64,000 nucleotides of DNA from Phoronis australis (Eukaryota > Animalia > Phoronida). The DNA is taken from contig NMRA01000818.1 in the NCBI GenBank assembly GCA_002633005.1, forward strand, positions 32,485 to 96,484, written 5' to 3'. Below are positions 1-14,037 of the stretch, in pieces. Every line of letters begins with the position of its first letter. Positions within the stretch are counted from its first letter, which is position 1. The position numbers and the translations under genes are program-made. The notes under the pieces were generated by a model. That model did no database searches and was not told the DNA's origin. It saw nothing but the letters and a program-made list of their open reading frames with translations.

Positions 1-5
1 TTTAA

Positions 6-597
6 CCCTTATCCTGCTGAGCCTCTATTCAGACTACTTTCCCTGTGTGCTGAGCTAAGTAGGTCACCACTACTGCTGTGCACTAAGCTGTTATGGAGGT
101 CACCCAGACTAATGACCTAACAATTTTAAATTGGAAATTTGAAGGGGAAATATTAAATTAACAGAAAAGAAGTCAATACAAAACTTGTGCAGAATTTAAT
201 GGAGATTTTCACCATATGTAAGTCTTTATCATAGCCTTGGTGAAAGCAAACTGATCCACTGTCATCCTCTCCCATATGGCTCCAGCCATATAATGAAACT
301 ATGTGTCTACACTTACATAAACCTGCCAATATCTCCCAAACTAGTAATCACAGCCATATGGTTTAAATTGGAGAACTGTAGAGGAAACTGTGAAGTATGG
401 AATGCTGGTGGTCACGTATCTAAACAACATTCCAGGGCTCTTACAATTTCTGAATGAAAATCACTTAAGTGTCCTGGGGTGAGTGCACTCTCCTATGGAA
501 GCCCAGCTGTAACTTATTATAGTCGATTGAGTACACCCAATGCATTTTAATAGGATAATTGGCATGTCGGCTGACCTCGCCTAGCGCAGGATAAGGG
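6..597. mobile_element. piggyBac-type MITE
   Basis: Perfect 12-bp TIR CCCTTATCCTGC / GCAGGATAAGGG with TTAA on both sides (2-5, 598-601); no ORF. Confidence 0.85.
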
Positions 598-716
598 TTA
601 AAAGGTCACGACCTCCGACCCCGGGCCTCTGACATAGAAAGTAGTTACAAAGCCGTGGAGAGTCGGAAAAGGTAAATTGATTCATTGCAATGTTTCTCGT
701 TTAGTTTGTGGTATAA

Positions 717-850
717 ATAGATTATTAGAGCCCTCGTGGATTTTGGAGAATTATGACCCTCGGGGCTTACGCCCCTCGAGTGATAATTCTCCAAAATCCA
801 CTCGGGCTCTAGATAACGGGGGATAACGACTTCGCCATGGAATAATCTAT
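717..850. mobile_element. Short foldback element (MITE-like)
   Basis: Terminal ATAGATTATT / AATAATCTAT; internal imperfect hairpin with about 40-bp arms (726-811). Confidence 0.6.
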
Positions 851-899
851 GTTTATAATGACCAGTGTAGTTACAAGAAATATGTAGTGAATAAAGATC

Positions 900-2423
900 A
901 GTAAAGTAAAAAAATGGTAAGGTATATAGTCGCCCTGTCGATGATGTCTGTATTGTTTAAAAAAATTTTACTAAGAGCCATTCTGAATAGTGAAATGACA
1001 AAATCCACCTTTTGTGTGATATCGTCTGAAAATATATGCGTTTTATAATACTTATGTACTAATTTTTCATACATTATATCATATGTTAATCTAGTATTTT
1101 CACGCAGAGACATGGTATGAAACCTTTGTGGTCACAGTTAACTTGTTAAACACCTCTCTGCTATGCACGATCACACTAAGTTAACAGAACTATTGGTTTC
1201 CAATTTATTAGAAAGCATCTGGGATAGCCACTTCTTGGAATGCAAGTAACAACACCTTGTAACTGTGTAAGTGACATTATTTTTCCAATACGCATCATTT
1301 ATACTCTGTAAAAGGAAATGTCGTTTGTCTTTCCTAAAAAATTAATAAATTCTACAGAAAGTCCGTCCAAGCCTGGGCTTTTATTTAGATTTTTTTCAAC
1401 GTAAGAAGTTTATGACAGGTACTGTCACCTTGTATGCTGAAGATTTCTATCGGAGAGAGTTTTGTTCTCAAATTCTCAATTTGTAAATCTAAACATTTCT
1501 GTGTTGTGGTCTGTATCACTTAGCTTAGTGATACTTAATCCATCGTTTTTTAAAATTCTTTTATGTTTTTTTATTTTTTAATCTCTAAATTGCAAAAATA
1601 TTTCCAAATTCAACCCAACTAGCTCTAGATCAGCTTCCTTATTGCAGTTGAAAATGTATTATTCGATCTCTCGATTAAATTGAAGTTGTTTCCAAAAGTA
1701 ATTGATCATCTAGTCCGTTGCCAAATGAACAGCAGCATTTATAAATTTATTATAAATTTATTATTTTCAATTTCGTCCTTTATTGTTTTGACAAATCAGG
1801 ATTACCTAACGACGAAGTATTAAACTTATAGTAACCTTCCCCTTTTTCATCAATGCATCTATAGGCTGACAAAATAGAAGAGTCTGAAAAACTTGAAAGG
1901 TGTTCTGCAGCAAGAAAAATTCCAATTACCCATTTTGTGGGGGTGTTTTTTAAACCATGTGAATTCGTCTTGAAATGCTCTCCAAATGTCAATATTCCAG
2001 TCTCCACACAGTAGAAAAGTACCGTATTTCAAAATATCTATCAATTTCATTGTTTTTGAAAAAACTAGGTTTGTTTTGGGTTGGACCATATATGTTCACC
2101 AGTGTAATTTTAATATCATTATTGATAGCAGTGTCTAAAAATAGATAGTTACCCACTGGGTCAATAACCTGACCTTCAACAACGTAGACAAAATTATTGT
2201 TAAATAATATTGCAACTCCTTTAGTTTTTGATGCCAAAGGAGTGATTTTTACATCAAACCCCCATTTGTTTCTGAAAGAATTTTCAAAACCTGATATGAC
2301 ATGTATATCTATCTTGTAAGCAAGTGATATGGAAATTGTCTCTTCTAAACCCCCTAAAATAATCTTTTCTCTTCATTTTGTCAGTAAGACCTCTACAGTT
2401 AAGATAATATTTATGTTAGACAT
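900..2423 (-). pseudogene. Degenerate L1/Tx1-clade ORF2 (APE endonuclease plus RT remnants)
   Basis: Fragments KGVAILF, ITLVNIYGP, LLCGDWN, IDIWR; downstream KSPGLDGLSVEF and FSDD; many frameshifts and deletions. Confidence 0.8.
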
Positions 2424-3027
2424 TATTCAGAAAATAGCTATATTTTTAATATATCTATCGAGCTATTTACTAAATGGATTAGTCCTAATAAGTATATAAA
2501 ATAGGTAAAGCCAAATCCAATTATTGTTTATCAAAAAAGAAAACCCATGACATGAACTTGTGAATCTGGCTGTGTTATTAGAATAGTTTTCAATAAAGAC
2601 TGCAGCCTGCTGACATCTATCATTCCAACAGCATGTTCCAGCACATTTGCAAACAATACAACAGGATCAAAGCCATGAACCCCATGATGCCCAGTGAAAA
2701 CTTAACATTATGTCTCAAAAACGCTGTTAGGATTTTGCTTTAAAATGCCTAGTTTTCACGTACCGAGTGTCATTCGAATAAGATTGCTTTTTTACAAAAA
2801 TGGCTTGTGTTATGTGAGTTAATTTGGCATAAAACCCGAACTAAGTGAGTAATCAAAAATTCCTAACATTGTTCTGGTGGTGATTTTGGTAAAGAAAGTT
2901 TTTCCTTGCATAAACAAAAAATGGCAGAGTAGTAAAAAAAGATAACAAGGAAAGTGGACGGCCAGTGAGCAGTTTGAATGGCTGCTGGTGATTGATACTC
3001 CTTGTCTTAACCACATGAAGTCGAGTA

Positions 3028-4525
3028 CTGTATTCGCCGTAATAACTGCCCAGGGCGCTTAGAAAAGTTCGTTTAAGGGGGGCGCTTATTATAACCCAAG
3101 GCTGTTAAAACCCGGTCTCCGAAACCGGTGAAATCGGAAGCTGAGATTCATCATGTTTACGCTGTGTGACGTATCTGTAATCTATGAAAGACTTCCTACA
3201 AAACCGTGGTGCATTGCTATCAAACTTTGCTGCTAAATTACGATCATTTCACAGAAAATTGTGCTGAAATCCCAGGGTGAAAACTCGCCGAGTTCCGGCC
3301 TCGCAATCGTCGATATGGCGACTTGAATGCTTGAACAAAAATACAGTTTCGACTCGAGCAAATTACCTGAAATCCCCCTTAAGTTTTTCAAGTAGGGTCC
3401 CCAAGATTTTTAAGTTCCCGTGGAGTCGGGGATCACTTCAGGTTTAAGTACAAATCTGTGCTAGTACATAGTGCCATCTACGTGTATGATCGGCAACATG
3501 AGAAAAATGTCTGGACGAACACACATGTTGTCACATGACGTTTGTTTGGGAGTAAGCGAGCGCGTGCGTGTCACCAGAGTTCATTTGCCAGAGCAGAGAC
3601 CGTCTTTTGGCCAGAGCCACGCAATCTAACAAGCTAGATGTGTCTAAAGATATTTGCACAAGCAGTAGGCCTAAACCAGAGCGTGTTTCATTCAGCACTT
3701 GCTGGTCTCCTGTGCTAAAAACATTCGGCATTTGTCTCGGTAAGGCCATATTAGTTGCTGTGTGGCTGGATGCGGCGTACGTGACTATCTGACGGTTATT
3801 TTTCGGGGGATAAGGGTGTGTAAGCATTCACTGTCGGCGGTCATTTTATCGGGCTGATATTTGGCTTAAAAACACCAATTGTGGTTAATCAAACAATTCA
3901 TCTTAAAAATAACGCAAACATTTTTCATAGTATTAGAAACTGTCGGAAATTAGTGCCAATATTCATTTCTTGCCGAAGCTATGCTACCTGTTTCATAAAT
4001 GGATAGTTCCCGACTAATGTCTTTGATGACAGGTTCCTGTATGTAGCGCGCACTTCCTGGCCACATGTTTTAACACTGGCCAAGCTTTTTACAAGTCTAC
4101 AGATTCGCGGTTTTCACGTGTAGGCCTACAAAGAAATTTGGATTCCTGTTGAAAGCGGGAAATATCTACGAGTCAGTCCCGTTGACAAGTACACTACTTC
4201 TGTTCTGAAAAGCCAGAACATTAGTCCTCGCAATATCAGCAGAACTTTTGTGTTCCTTTTGAGGCATGGCTTAATTTTGAAGTGTATAGTCACGGCTAAA
4301 TACCGACATAGCGGCAAGGCTCGTGGTCTACAAATTCTGCGCACAATGATTTTTTTCAGGACGGTCGGATATTGATAAATTGAAGACGTTACTGTAGAAT
4401 TTTAGGACTGTAGGTAAGGCATTATTCTCACGTACGCGTTCATGGATTGGGCGCTTATTTAGCAAAGTCTGAAAATACGTGGGGGGCACTTATAGGGGCA
4501 TAGGCGGTTTTTACGGTGAATACGG
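3028..4525. mobile_element. Non-autonomous Tc1/mariner-pogo-like DNA transposon
   Basis: 23-bp TIR CTGTATTCGCCGTAATAACTGCC vs CCGTATTCACCGTAAAAACCGCC (4 mismatches); TA on both sides. Confidence 0.7.
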
Positions 4526-4977
4526 TAATTTACAGACATCGGGTCAGGTGGTGCGCGTAAAAACAAGATATTGGGTGTATAAGTTTGTTACTTACACAAA
4601 AAATTCAAAATAAATGGGAAGACCGTCTTAAGAGAACATTCAGGTGAATGGTGGAGATCTCACTGTCTATAGTGTAAATTCTTCATTCACTAATTTTACA
4701 AATTTGAAAGGGTTCCAAGTAAGACTTACTCAGAATTCTGCAAACTGTTTCTGATATAAAATATGTATAGTTAACTCATCACTGTACATTTTGTGGAAAA
4801 AACCCCCGAGAATCTTCCATGTTTATTGAGAGTTTAAAGTTTTTAGAATTTTTAGAAATATTTGAACAACTGGTTAACAGCAAAAATTGTGATTGTTATT
4901 AGCTTGGGGAAATTGGGGGCCATACATAAATGATTAATCTCCTCATTTGCATAGCTTTTTTCACAGTCTAATCAACG

Positions 4978-5123
4978 ATTAGTCACAGTTATAGAGTTCA
5001 ATATTAGTCACAGTTATAGAGTTCAATATTAGTCACAGTTATAGAGTTCAATATTAGTCACAGTTATAGAGTTCAATATTAGTCACAGTTATAGAGTTCA
5101 ATATTAGTCACAGTTATAGAGTT
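4978..5123. repeat. 25-bp minisatellite, about 6 copies
   Basis: ATTAGTCACAGTTATAGAGTTCAAT repeated exactly. Confidence 0.95.
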
Positions 5124-5522
5124 GTCTCTTGGTGTTTTGCTTCATAGCTAATGCACGCCTGAGAATAAAGGATTTTACAGAGGCTGTAAGCGAGCATGTT
5201 AAGCTGTCTAACACAAAGTTGTCGTGCCTTCAATGAAGTTTGTTGCTAGAAAACTGATTTATAGCAACATGTATCAAAAAATATATGAGTTAAATTTTCA
5301 CCAATTACTGTGTGGCTGGTAGAACATGATATTCAGATCAGCAACAGTCAGTATGTTGTTAGAGCTGCTGCCATAGCAACCACTTCAACCAGTAAATAAC
5401 ATTTGCGTGACTAAATTGTGGTGAAAATTGTTGAATGACACAGAATAGTAGGTAAAGACAGTTGTCACTAAATTTCACCGTAAAATGTGGGCAAAAATAA
5501 CTTAAGAACTCAACTTTAAGCC

Positions 5523-6112
5523 GCTGTTGTCCAAGACGGCCGACCCGATCCAAACAAGTGATCCAAATTTCTCCACAAAAGTAACAATAACTTTTAATTT
5601 TTTTTGTGAGATTTTTATGTTTCTGATGATGTTAACAAATTTCTTCAAAACAAGAAAGAGTTCAACAGCACTACTGTCGTCCAACTGGCGATGCAGTCTT
5701 AAATCTGAGCACAGTACATGGTGTATTATCACAGCCTCACTCAACAAAACGCTAGAACTTTTGGCACACACTTAAATTATGCTCCCATTTTCCCACAAAA
5801 TTGTGAAAACTGGAAAATATATCCTTCGGCTATGTTGGGTTACTGTGTCTGGTCAGTGAAATGTGTATCCAGTATTGCCAAGTCGATAGAGTATTCCCAT
5901 TGTTATGTGCTGGAAGTTCTAGTGTTTTGTTTAATTAAATTAATGTTAGCAGTTGAAGAAGAATGTCAGACTGGTGTACGGTGGGAGGAAGTGCAAGTAA
6001 GGCGATTGTTGGAAAAAAACAAACGAAAAGGGAAAAAAAACATAAAAATTAAGTGAAGCAGTACAAAGTTATAGCACTGGTTTGGATCGGGTCAGCCATT
6101 TTGGACGACAGC
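5523..6112. mobile_element. MITE with about 33-bp TIRs
   Basis: GCTGTTGTCCAAGACGGCCGACCCGATCCAAAC ... GTTTGGATCGGGTCAGCCATTTTGGACGACAGC. Confidence 0.7.
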
Positions 6113-9100
6113 TTATAAATTAATTTCACCAATAGTGAAATTCAAGAAGACATATCTTTGCCTACCACTTTGATTCAATGCTAAAATAACTTATTAGATT
6201 AAAGGAGAATGCCACCCAAAAAATGGCCTATTTTGTATCGAGTTAGATCGAGTAGTTCCACTCGATAACAGCAAGTTCAGTTCTTTTACCTGACGGCAGA
6301 CGAAGGTGTTAAAATTAACCAATGATGTCGACTGTATACGATGTGTTGTGAATATTGACCAATTAGGAAGGGAAAAATGATGAAGTAAATCTCTAGACTC
6401 GTCTCTAGCGCCACTGACAACATGGCGACTTGCTGAACTGAAAGGCAAGTTCAACCGGCTACTTAGTGACCAGTGAAGATTTCACTTAAATACATTTCGA
6501 TATACATTGCTATAAAAAGCAACTTTAAACAATTTTCAGTTTTTTTGTGTTAAAGCTAAATGGAATATTCTAATTATTTCACTGTGAATTGCCCATTCAG
6601 TTGTCCTGACATTCTGCTGAAATATTTGAAATTGTTTTGATACTTAGTTTTTGTTTGAAAGTCAACTGTTCTTCATGGTTTGATCATGTTTCAAGGCTTG
6701 GAATTTTCTGCGGAAAAGTGGATTTCCACTTTTTTCAAATGTTCTGTCCGCGTATTTTATCATATATCCGCGTAAAAAAAATCTGATTTGGTGTAAAATT
6801 TCTGCGGCAAATTTCTTTCTTACTGCGGCGTTGCTGACGACTTTCACCTCGAAAAGCGGAAGTTGCTCTTTATGTTTCGGAGGAACATAAATTGTCAACA
6901 TTGCCTGGGCATTTGGGATAGCGTGATGGATTTCTTCAATGGCGTCTTGTGTGACTAAACCGCAGTGACGAATACTATGACTCTGCAGCCAAAATGTGAG
7001 GTGGGAGTGGACGGACGAGCTAACATGACGTAGACGCACGCTACTGGAGGTGGCACAGTTTTTTTTTAGTCCCGAGTTTTGCCAGCAAATGGGCTCCACA
7101 TCGACTATTTCAAGGCTGGGTGCGCGCATGGTTTGGGCTGTATAAATTTCCGCTTTTTTGTCATTGGTCATTCCAAGCCCTGATGTTTAAAAATGGCATA
7201 CATACAAAACTGGTGCAGTCATCCACTACGGGTTTTGTCGCTTCATTCTAGTCTTCACGCGATCTGGCAAAGCTCCGGGTGCACTTGTTACCTCTGGTTC
7301 AAACATACTGTCCTATCGCCTGTTTGTGATTTGAATAGTTAATGTGTCCTTTGGTTAATCACATTCTAATGAAAATCTTATTAAATTTCCTGCTGAAGAA
7401 CTCAATGCTGTAAGTCCCGTGTTCCATTTTAATTCCTAGCCTTGTTTAACGTGCCTGTCTCACTGCACAAGCCTGTATTCAGAATTGACTGGCTAAAGTA
7501 GGATAAGATCAACAGCTGCTGGGCTTTCCTAATTAGAAAACCGAAAATGCCGAAATTGATGTCAAAACTCGAAATCCTAGGTTGGAAAAATGAAGTTTTC
7601 AGAAAATCCAGCACACTATAGAGCCATAAACTTGTGTAGGAAGTTTGATGTCTCATTAGTCCATGCCAACTTACGGTAACCATTAGGCCCAAATACTTTA
7701 TAGTGGCTAACCACTAAACCTGATCCTTACTGAACATCCATCTTTCATTTTACACAGTGACCCAACATTTTTACCATGCAATAGCTCTATAGACAATTGG
7801 TTAATGTCACTAGCTAGTCCAGTGGTTGGACAGTGATGGTGTTGTCATGAGCAAGTGACTGAAATCTGCAGTTTCTGCTGTCTGTTTCATGAATGTACTT
7901 GAGAATGTTGTGTACCTACCTGTGTGCGTGCGCGTGTGTTCGTTCAGCTGAATAGTCAGGAATTACGAGTCAACAATGCGATGTCGATTTGCATTGAGCC
8001 AGTGTTTGCTTCAAAAACAAATGGATTGGTATGGAGGTAGGCTAAAAATGATTACAGAAGTTATACGGAGTTTTAAATAGAAATTAAGAGGTATTTGTCA
8101 TAGTTTTCAGAGGCAGTGGTTTTAATAGGTCTGTTGGGTTCGAGAAATGGAACTTAATTTTTATTTAGGCCAATGAAGTTAAATAATTTAACCTTTTATT
8201 TTCAGGAATGGCAGTCGGGTACAGCAGTCAAGGAAAGCAGGATGTGTTAAAGGCTCTGAAGGTCGAAGAAGTGAAGCGTGGCAGAGTAGCTGTTGGCAGT
8301 TAAGATTTTGTGTTTCAATCAGCAAGACCCATTTTATTGACAAGCTACTCATGCCACATCTAGGCACCAAAGGGGCGACACTTTGGTCATGTTGACCATT
8401 AAAAAAATGCATGCAAATCCTGACCATGTAAGCAGTGTTGTCTATGATAAGTGAGATAAAGTGGGTCTCTGCTTTTCGTCCATTTTGTTCATCTGTACTG
8501 CCCAAGGACTTGAAACATGCTCAGTTGAATTTTTTATGTGTTTGTATTACATATGTATGATATTGGAACACTGCCTGTTTCTTGTTCAAATTTGTTTTGA
8601 ACTACTTTGTCTACTTTTTAATGTGACTGAGTGTGTTTGTGTGCGTGTGTGCGTGCGTGCGTTTTATTTGCAAGAAGCACAATTAGGCTGACAATTTGAA
8701 GAAACGATAACTCTTAAAAAATAGCAGAGAATGCCTGGTTACACTGGCAGTGGATGTTGCTCAATATGACTTGTGACTGATTTTCTAGCCAAATGGTTTT
8801 ATTTGATCATGGTCACCACACAAAGGTGTGAATTTCATCAGGTACTTCATGTCTCCATGTTTCTGACACTGGTGAGCATTTAAAAGGTGATAGGCCATGG
8901 ATAGGAAATTAATAGTTTGTGTGAATTTCCAAATTTTAGTAATAATATGAAAATCTGAGAACCTTTGACAACAGTGAATGGTCACTTTTCATGATTCTGC
9001 AACTGGGTTGTCATTTTACCTCCAATTTTGGTTTCTGACACATCGTTGACTTCATTAGAAATGTCATCACTTCCCTTTGAACTTTTACACAGACTTGCCA

Positions 9101-9894
9101 TATTTGTTACGCAACATGGAATGAATTGTGGGTAGGATAATGTGAACAGTGCGCCACCTGTTGTTAGATAGCATGTTGGATTCCCTCTTGCATATCTGTT
9201 GTTCTAGCAGATGAGGAGTTTCAATTTGTTCCCAGTTATGTTTGAAACTATTTTTTAGTCTGTCACAATGTCGAGCATGCAAGGACATTTGCTAATGTGA
9301 CTCTACTTGGGAGATTAATAACTGAAGCACAAAATCACAAAGAATGAACAATTGGGTGCTTGTGAGTCCTTGATGGCAGTTTGTCCCATAGCAGTGGGCT
9401 TCTATGTTGTCACTCCTGTTGGTGCTGCAGCTGGTTCATTACTAAACAGTGCGCAGGCATTGATAAGGTCAATAGGTCAAGCACCCATAGTACAAGCAGT
9501 AGAGAAATTGACTGCAAGTGCTGGCTTTGTTGAGTTTGGTGTTCTAGTAGTGTTTAATGTTGTGTAGGACTCCAAAACATATCTGCGGTGATATTTGGTG
9601 TTCTATTTGGGTTTAATGTTGTGTAGGACATCTTATCTCTGAAATTGCGGATTGCTTCATTTTTGAACCCCTCAATAAAATGTGTCTTCAAACCATATAT
9701 CCAGATAAATCGATTTCTGTGATTTTCCTGTGCCGTTCTCGTGGTCATGTTTTTATGAAGTATTTATTGAAGATAGTTCCATTTAAGTTGCCCAAAATTG
9801 TGCATATGTATTTTTAAAGGTAGAAGTACTTGCCGGGTCCCTATCAGTTGCCCCTCCCCAAATAGCAAAGCCCAAATACGCTGGGCTGCATGAA

Positions 9895-10116
9895 CAGTGG
9901 CGTACGTAGCGAGGGTGTGGCATGGTGCACTTAATTTTGTTCCCGGCCGCCAACAAAGCAGGGACGTAGACCCAGAAGACAAATAGGTGGCCATCGGGGG
10001 TGGGCACCAAATATGTGGTATGGGGCGGGGCGCCACTGAGATGGCAAGGGGTAGGGATTCAAACTCCATGGTGGCGCTTTCTGCCCCCGGCGCTGATAAT
10101 CCTAGCTACGACACTG
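9895..10116. mobile_element. Short MITE-like element with CAGTG ends
   Basis: Begins CAGTGGCGTA, ends TAGCTACGACACTG; GC-rich interior; no clear TSD. Confidence 0.4.
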
Positions 10117-10269
10117 CAGATGAGATCGGCAGGCATCCTTTCTATACAGGGAGTGGTAATGTAGGGCGGTTCATTACTTTTATATTATAGGCCCAATTAA
10201 GGGCTATTTTTTTGGTTTTTAGCTTTTTGTTTTTATTTTGTTTCTTTTTTAATATATTTTCTGGTTCTA

Positions 10270-11054
10270 TGGCATCTGGTATTGTGCCCACTGAGACAGA
10301 TGACTGAGGATGTTAGTAAATGTGTCCGCGGCTGTTCTTCCGTACCTCTCCCACCACTATTGTCGATCACGCCAGACATGGTCTTGAACCGCGTTTGATG
10401 TGTCTCCAGTAGTTTTCCACATTCTGTGTGTGGACACCAGTAACAGGATCGCCAAGGTTAAGGGAGTGGTTGACTATGTGGTGCTGGTATGGCGGCACGA
10501 CGGGAATGTTGGCGATCCTCTGGGAGTCACTCCACTGATCATTATGAATTATAGAATCTGGAGCGATCCAGCGTCTTACCAGCGGGAGCAGCGTTCTGGC
10601 ATTCCGACGGTCTACGAGTTGGATGCGCCCCAATCGCTGAGCCGGACAGTAGGCGCCGGATACCCATATGTATCTCGGGTCCATGCAGCAAGTACTAGAA
10701 ACATATGTCTCGGATATAGGTGAACCACTGCATAACGGTGCATTTGCTGATATTCAGCATCTCCGCCACGTGCACAATCTTTAATTTGTACGACCACAGC
10801 CAAAACAACCGAACTAAGGTACCCAGTGGTAGGTGTGAACGCTTGAAAAAGCGGCCGGATTGTATGGACACCTTGTGTCCCTTGTGTCGAGGACACCTCC
10901 AGACTGTACTTCCCTCCTTCTTCACCGCCGCCATCTAGTGGCCCATACACGTCACGCCAAGAAGGGGCTGGTGGCAAAGTAGCATGTGCTGTCGTAGAAA
11001 AGCCACAGTAGATTCGTGTGAATGAGTCGCGGCGACAATCTCTTGAAACGACAT
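10270..11054 (-). pseudogene. Merlin (IS1016/ISXO2-like DDE) transposase pseudogene 1
   Basis: WRCPRHKGHKVSIQSGRFF; LVDRRNARTLLPLV; IIHNDQW; VNHS..DPVTGVHTQNVENYW; frameshifted, central part deleted. Confidence 0.85.
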
Positions 11055-14037
11055 GATCAATAGAGAACTATGTGCATCAATGAGGTGTGCTAAACACCAT
11101 ATGTAAGGATTTTGTTTTAAAGACGTTTCCTTGAATAATAAACACTACGAATTCCATCACAAATTCGCGATTGTTTGGGGAGACCAAGGTGGCTTCGTAC
11201 CCTTAGTTTTAGAAAGTAGTGGAAAATCAAGAAATTGCACAGATGTTCAGATTTTCGCTTGTAAAGAGGTCAGTCATCAGATTTTAGTAATATAATTACT
11301 TGAAGAAATGTTTATGGATTCCTTAGTGATACCCCTATCTCCCCTACTGCTGGGTAAAATTAAAAAGATTTTCGAAGTCCACCAATAGGTCAAGCCAGAC
11401 CACAGAAACATCATAGGCCAATCTGTCAGCACCTGTAGTCATTTGAATATATTAACTGTGTCTCTTGGATCTAGATAATGGCATGGGGACATATAAGGTG
11501 ACTGAATTCTGTCTAAAGTGCTCCACGAGTACAAGTTCATGCGTCTTGAATTTAACCTACCTCCCGACTTTCTTACATTTCACGATTTCTTGCGGACGCT
11601 GTACATCCTTTATACTGGCATGTAGCTTAAAACCTGTGTCACAAGGAATGATTTCGTGGTGCCTCCCAATGAACACTTCAAAGAGCTTTCATTTCAGCCT
11701 ACAATATACATTTTATAAGAATATGGCACTTTTGGGTGTCAACACTACAAATGTCATCTGCAAGGGTTCGCTCCCTGCTTCGTTGCAGACCTGGTTGGTA
11801 CACAGACACTAGATAAGCTACATTTTTCGTGTGGCAAACTTAGGACAAGAAACTCGCTTTCTGTGTAAAATTGGCTAATCATGGGAAATCCTCTTCAAAT
11901 TCCATTCCTATAAACCAAATGGAATTCAGGTTGACGGAATCTCCTCTAAAAGACCATCAACCCGCACTATAACCAGTGTTGGAACCTGTACACAAGTGCA
12001 AAGGCAAATGCCGCAACATGCAGGTACATGAGCGGGTATAGCCCCACTTTTTTCTCAGTGCTGCGCCACTGTAGGTTAAACTCTTTCGGCTGACAGCGAA
12101 GTTTTTTTGCTCTTTTCCAAAGGGTGTGTTAAATTTGCCTGTGCTAGCCTTTAATCGGTCTTCAAATTATGGAACGCAATCAATTGTGCAGTCTACTAAA
12201 ATTATCACTGAACCCCCGGAAAACGGGTTGAGGCCAGGACTGACATCAATTATTGACGAAAATACGTGGTGTCGTGTGGGGAGCACACTTTCTGGCGACC
12301 GCCGGGGGGCTGTGAGAGGTGAGGGCCTGACCAAAATTTATTTTCAAGGGACCTTAATTCTCGTGATAGCCGGCGTGGAAACGACATGTTGGCGCAGGTG
12401 GCACCGTTTTCTTTTTTGGTTGTGCCCGGAGGGCTGTCCCCCCTCAGTCACCCACTGCACTAACGCCCTAGCCTCTGATAAGCAACACTTACAATGGCTT
12501 CATGAACTGCGCAACACGCAACAATACGGGTGTCTGTGATGTTTGTGTACTTGTCGAAGTCATGAATGTCAGAGTAAAAGTCGATATTACTTTTGGTAGA
12601 TCAGAGCTGGCATAGAAAATTTGCTGTGAGTTTTGACCAGGGGAGGGGGCTTTTTGCATTAAACAATGGCCCCTTGTACGCACCCCGTAGCTACGCCAGT
12701 GGCCAACATGTACGTTGGTGGTTAATAAATCGTTTTTAGTTTCTGTCAAATTTGAATATGACGCCTCGTCATTGATTTTTAAGAGAACTAATTTTGACTG
12801 AACATACTGAAGTCACAGAAATGTTAAAGCACAACCTCCTTCGTGCACATGCGCTTGTGAAGTCTGTTGGCTGGAAATTGTAAACGTTGGACAATGTGAA
12901 TTCAATTTTTTCAGTGTCGTAATCATTTTCTATCCGAACAGGAGCCTCCTCTTATGTCCATGGAGTGCTCAAGCATGCATAACTATGGAACTCAGACTCG
13001 AACTCTAGATTTCTGTCTTTTCAAAATCTTTTACAATGGAATGCACCCAACACCTCAGGAGGCACGGATCAAATCTCAAAAAGAGGGGTCCCAGGAAATA
13101 GCGTTTCCCTCACTGGCGTTTTGTTGTGCTGTGTGGACGACGTGTTTTTTGGATCGTGACTCCTGAGGAGGGTTCTCTCGGCAGCCGGGGACAGCGGAAG
13201 GGCCTTATGACCCCCCTTTTAATAAAAACGTGAATGCATCACGAAGACGAGTAAAGTGGAAAGTGCAAGTGCAATTCTGAGTGAACTGGAGTTTATAACT
13301 AACAGTAACATTCGCGATACCCACAAACAGTGTCATTTTATGCATTTCACATTTCGTACGCTCTCGCCAAATCTATTTTTCGTTAAACGTAAATTGACCA
13401 GGCGATCTACCTCTTGGGATACCTCTCTACACCGATGAGTAATAAAGATTCCAAGTTTGTCCTGAATTATTTGAGGCCACAGAACGATGGCTTTGAAGTG
13501 CATGAGGAGATGGCTATTGTAACTGCATTTGCGTATACCTGGCACAGCTTTGGATACCTGTCTACCTACCAAGCCATCGCTAGATATCGGGAACTTCTGT
13601 ATCTGCTCCTTCTCGAAAGTGCGCCCATGGGATGGATTAAGCAATTGCGGGGCCCTTAGCATATGACAAAGCGCAGGTCTCCTGTTCAAATGTCATACAA
13701 TGATGAGTTCAAAGTAAAAAAAAGTACATGTACTTGTCACTGTTGAGAAGATAAGGCATAAATGAAGAAGTAATCTTGTTTCCCCTGGCGTGAACCGCCT
13801 GTAAAATGTGTGCGTGACTCAAAAGATTTTATTGCATACGTGTGAAAATTATTCTTTTTTCCATTTGTTAGAACGCTCCCCAACTACGGAAAATGAAAGA
13901 ATAAAATATTTGACTAACCGACCTACCCATCTCAGAGCAGTGAGGGTCGGGCTACGGGAACTAGAAACCAACATAATTTTCAGAATAGCTTAAAAGAGTT
14001 TGCTTGCAAAGTTTTAAAACACTTTTACGTATTCATT

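Noticed and set aside
4978-5123. Possible CRISPR array
   Set aside because: Contiguous identical repeats with no spacers, in a eukaryotic context
6662-7171. 169-aa minus-strand ORF
   Set aside because: No motif recognised; probably a chance ORF in repeat DNA
13256-13660. Possible plus-strand host exon
   Set aside because: No recognisable domain or convincing splice structure
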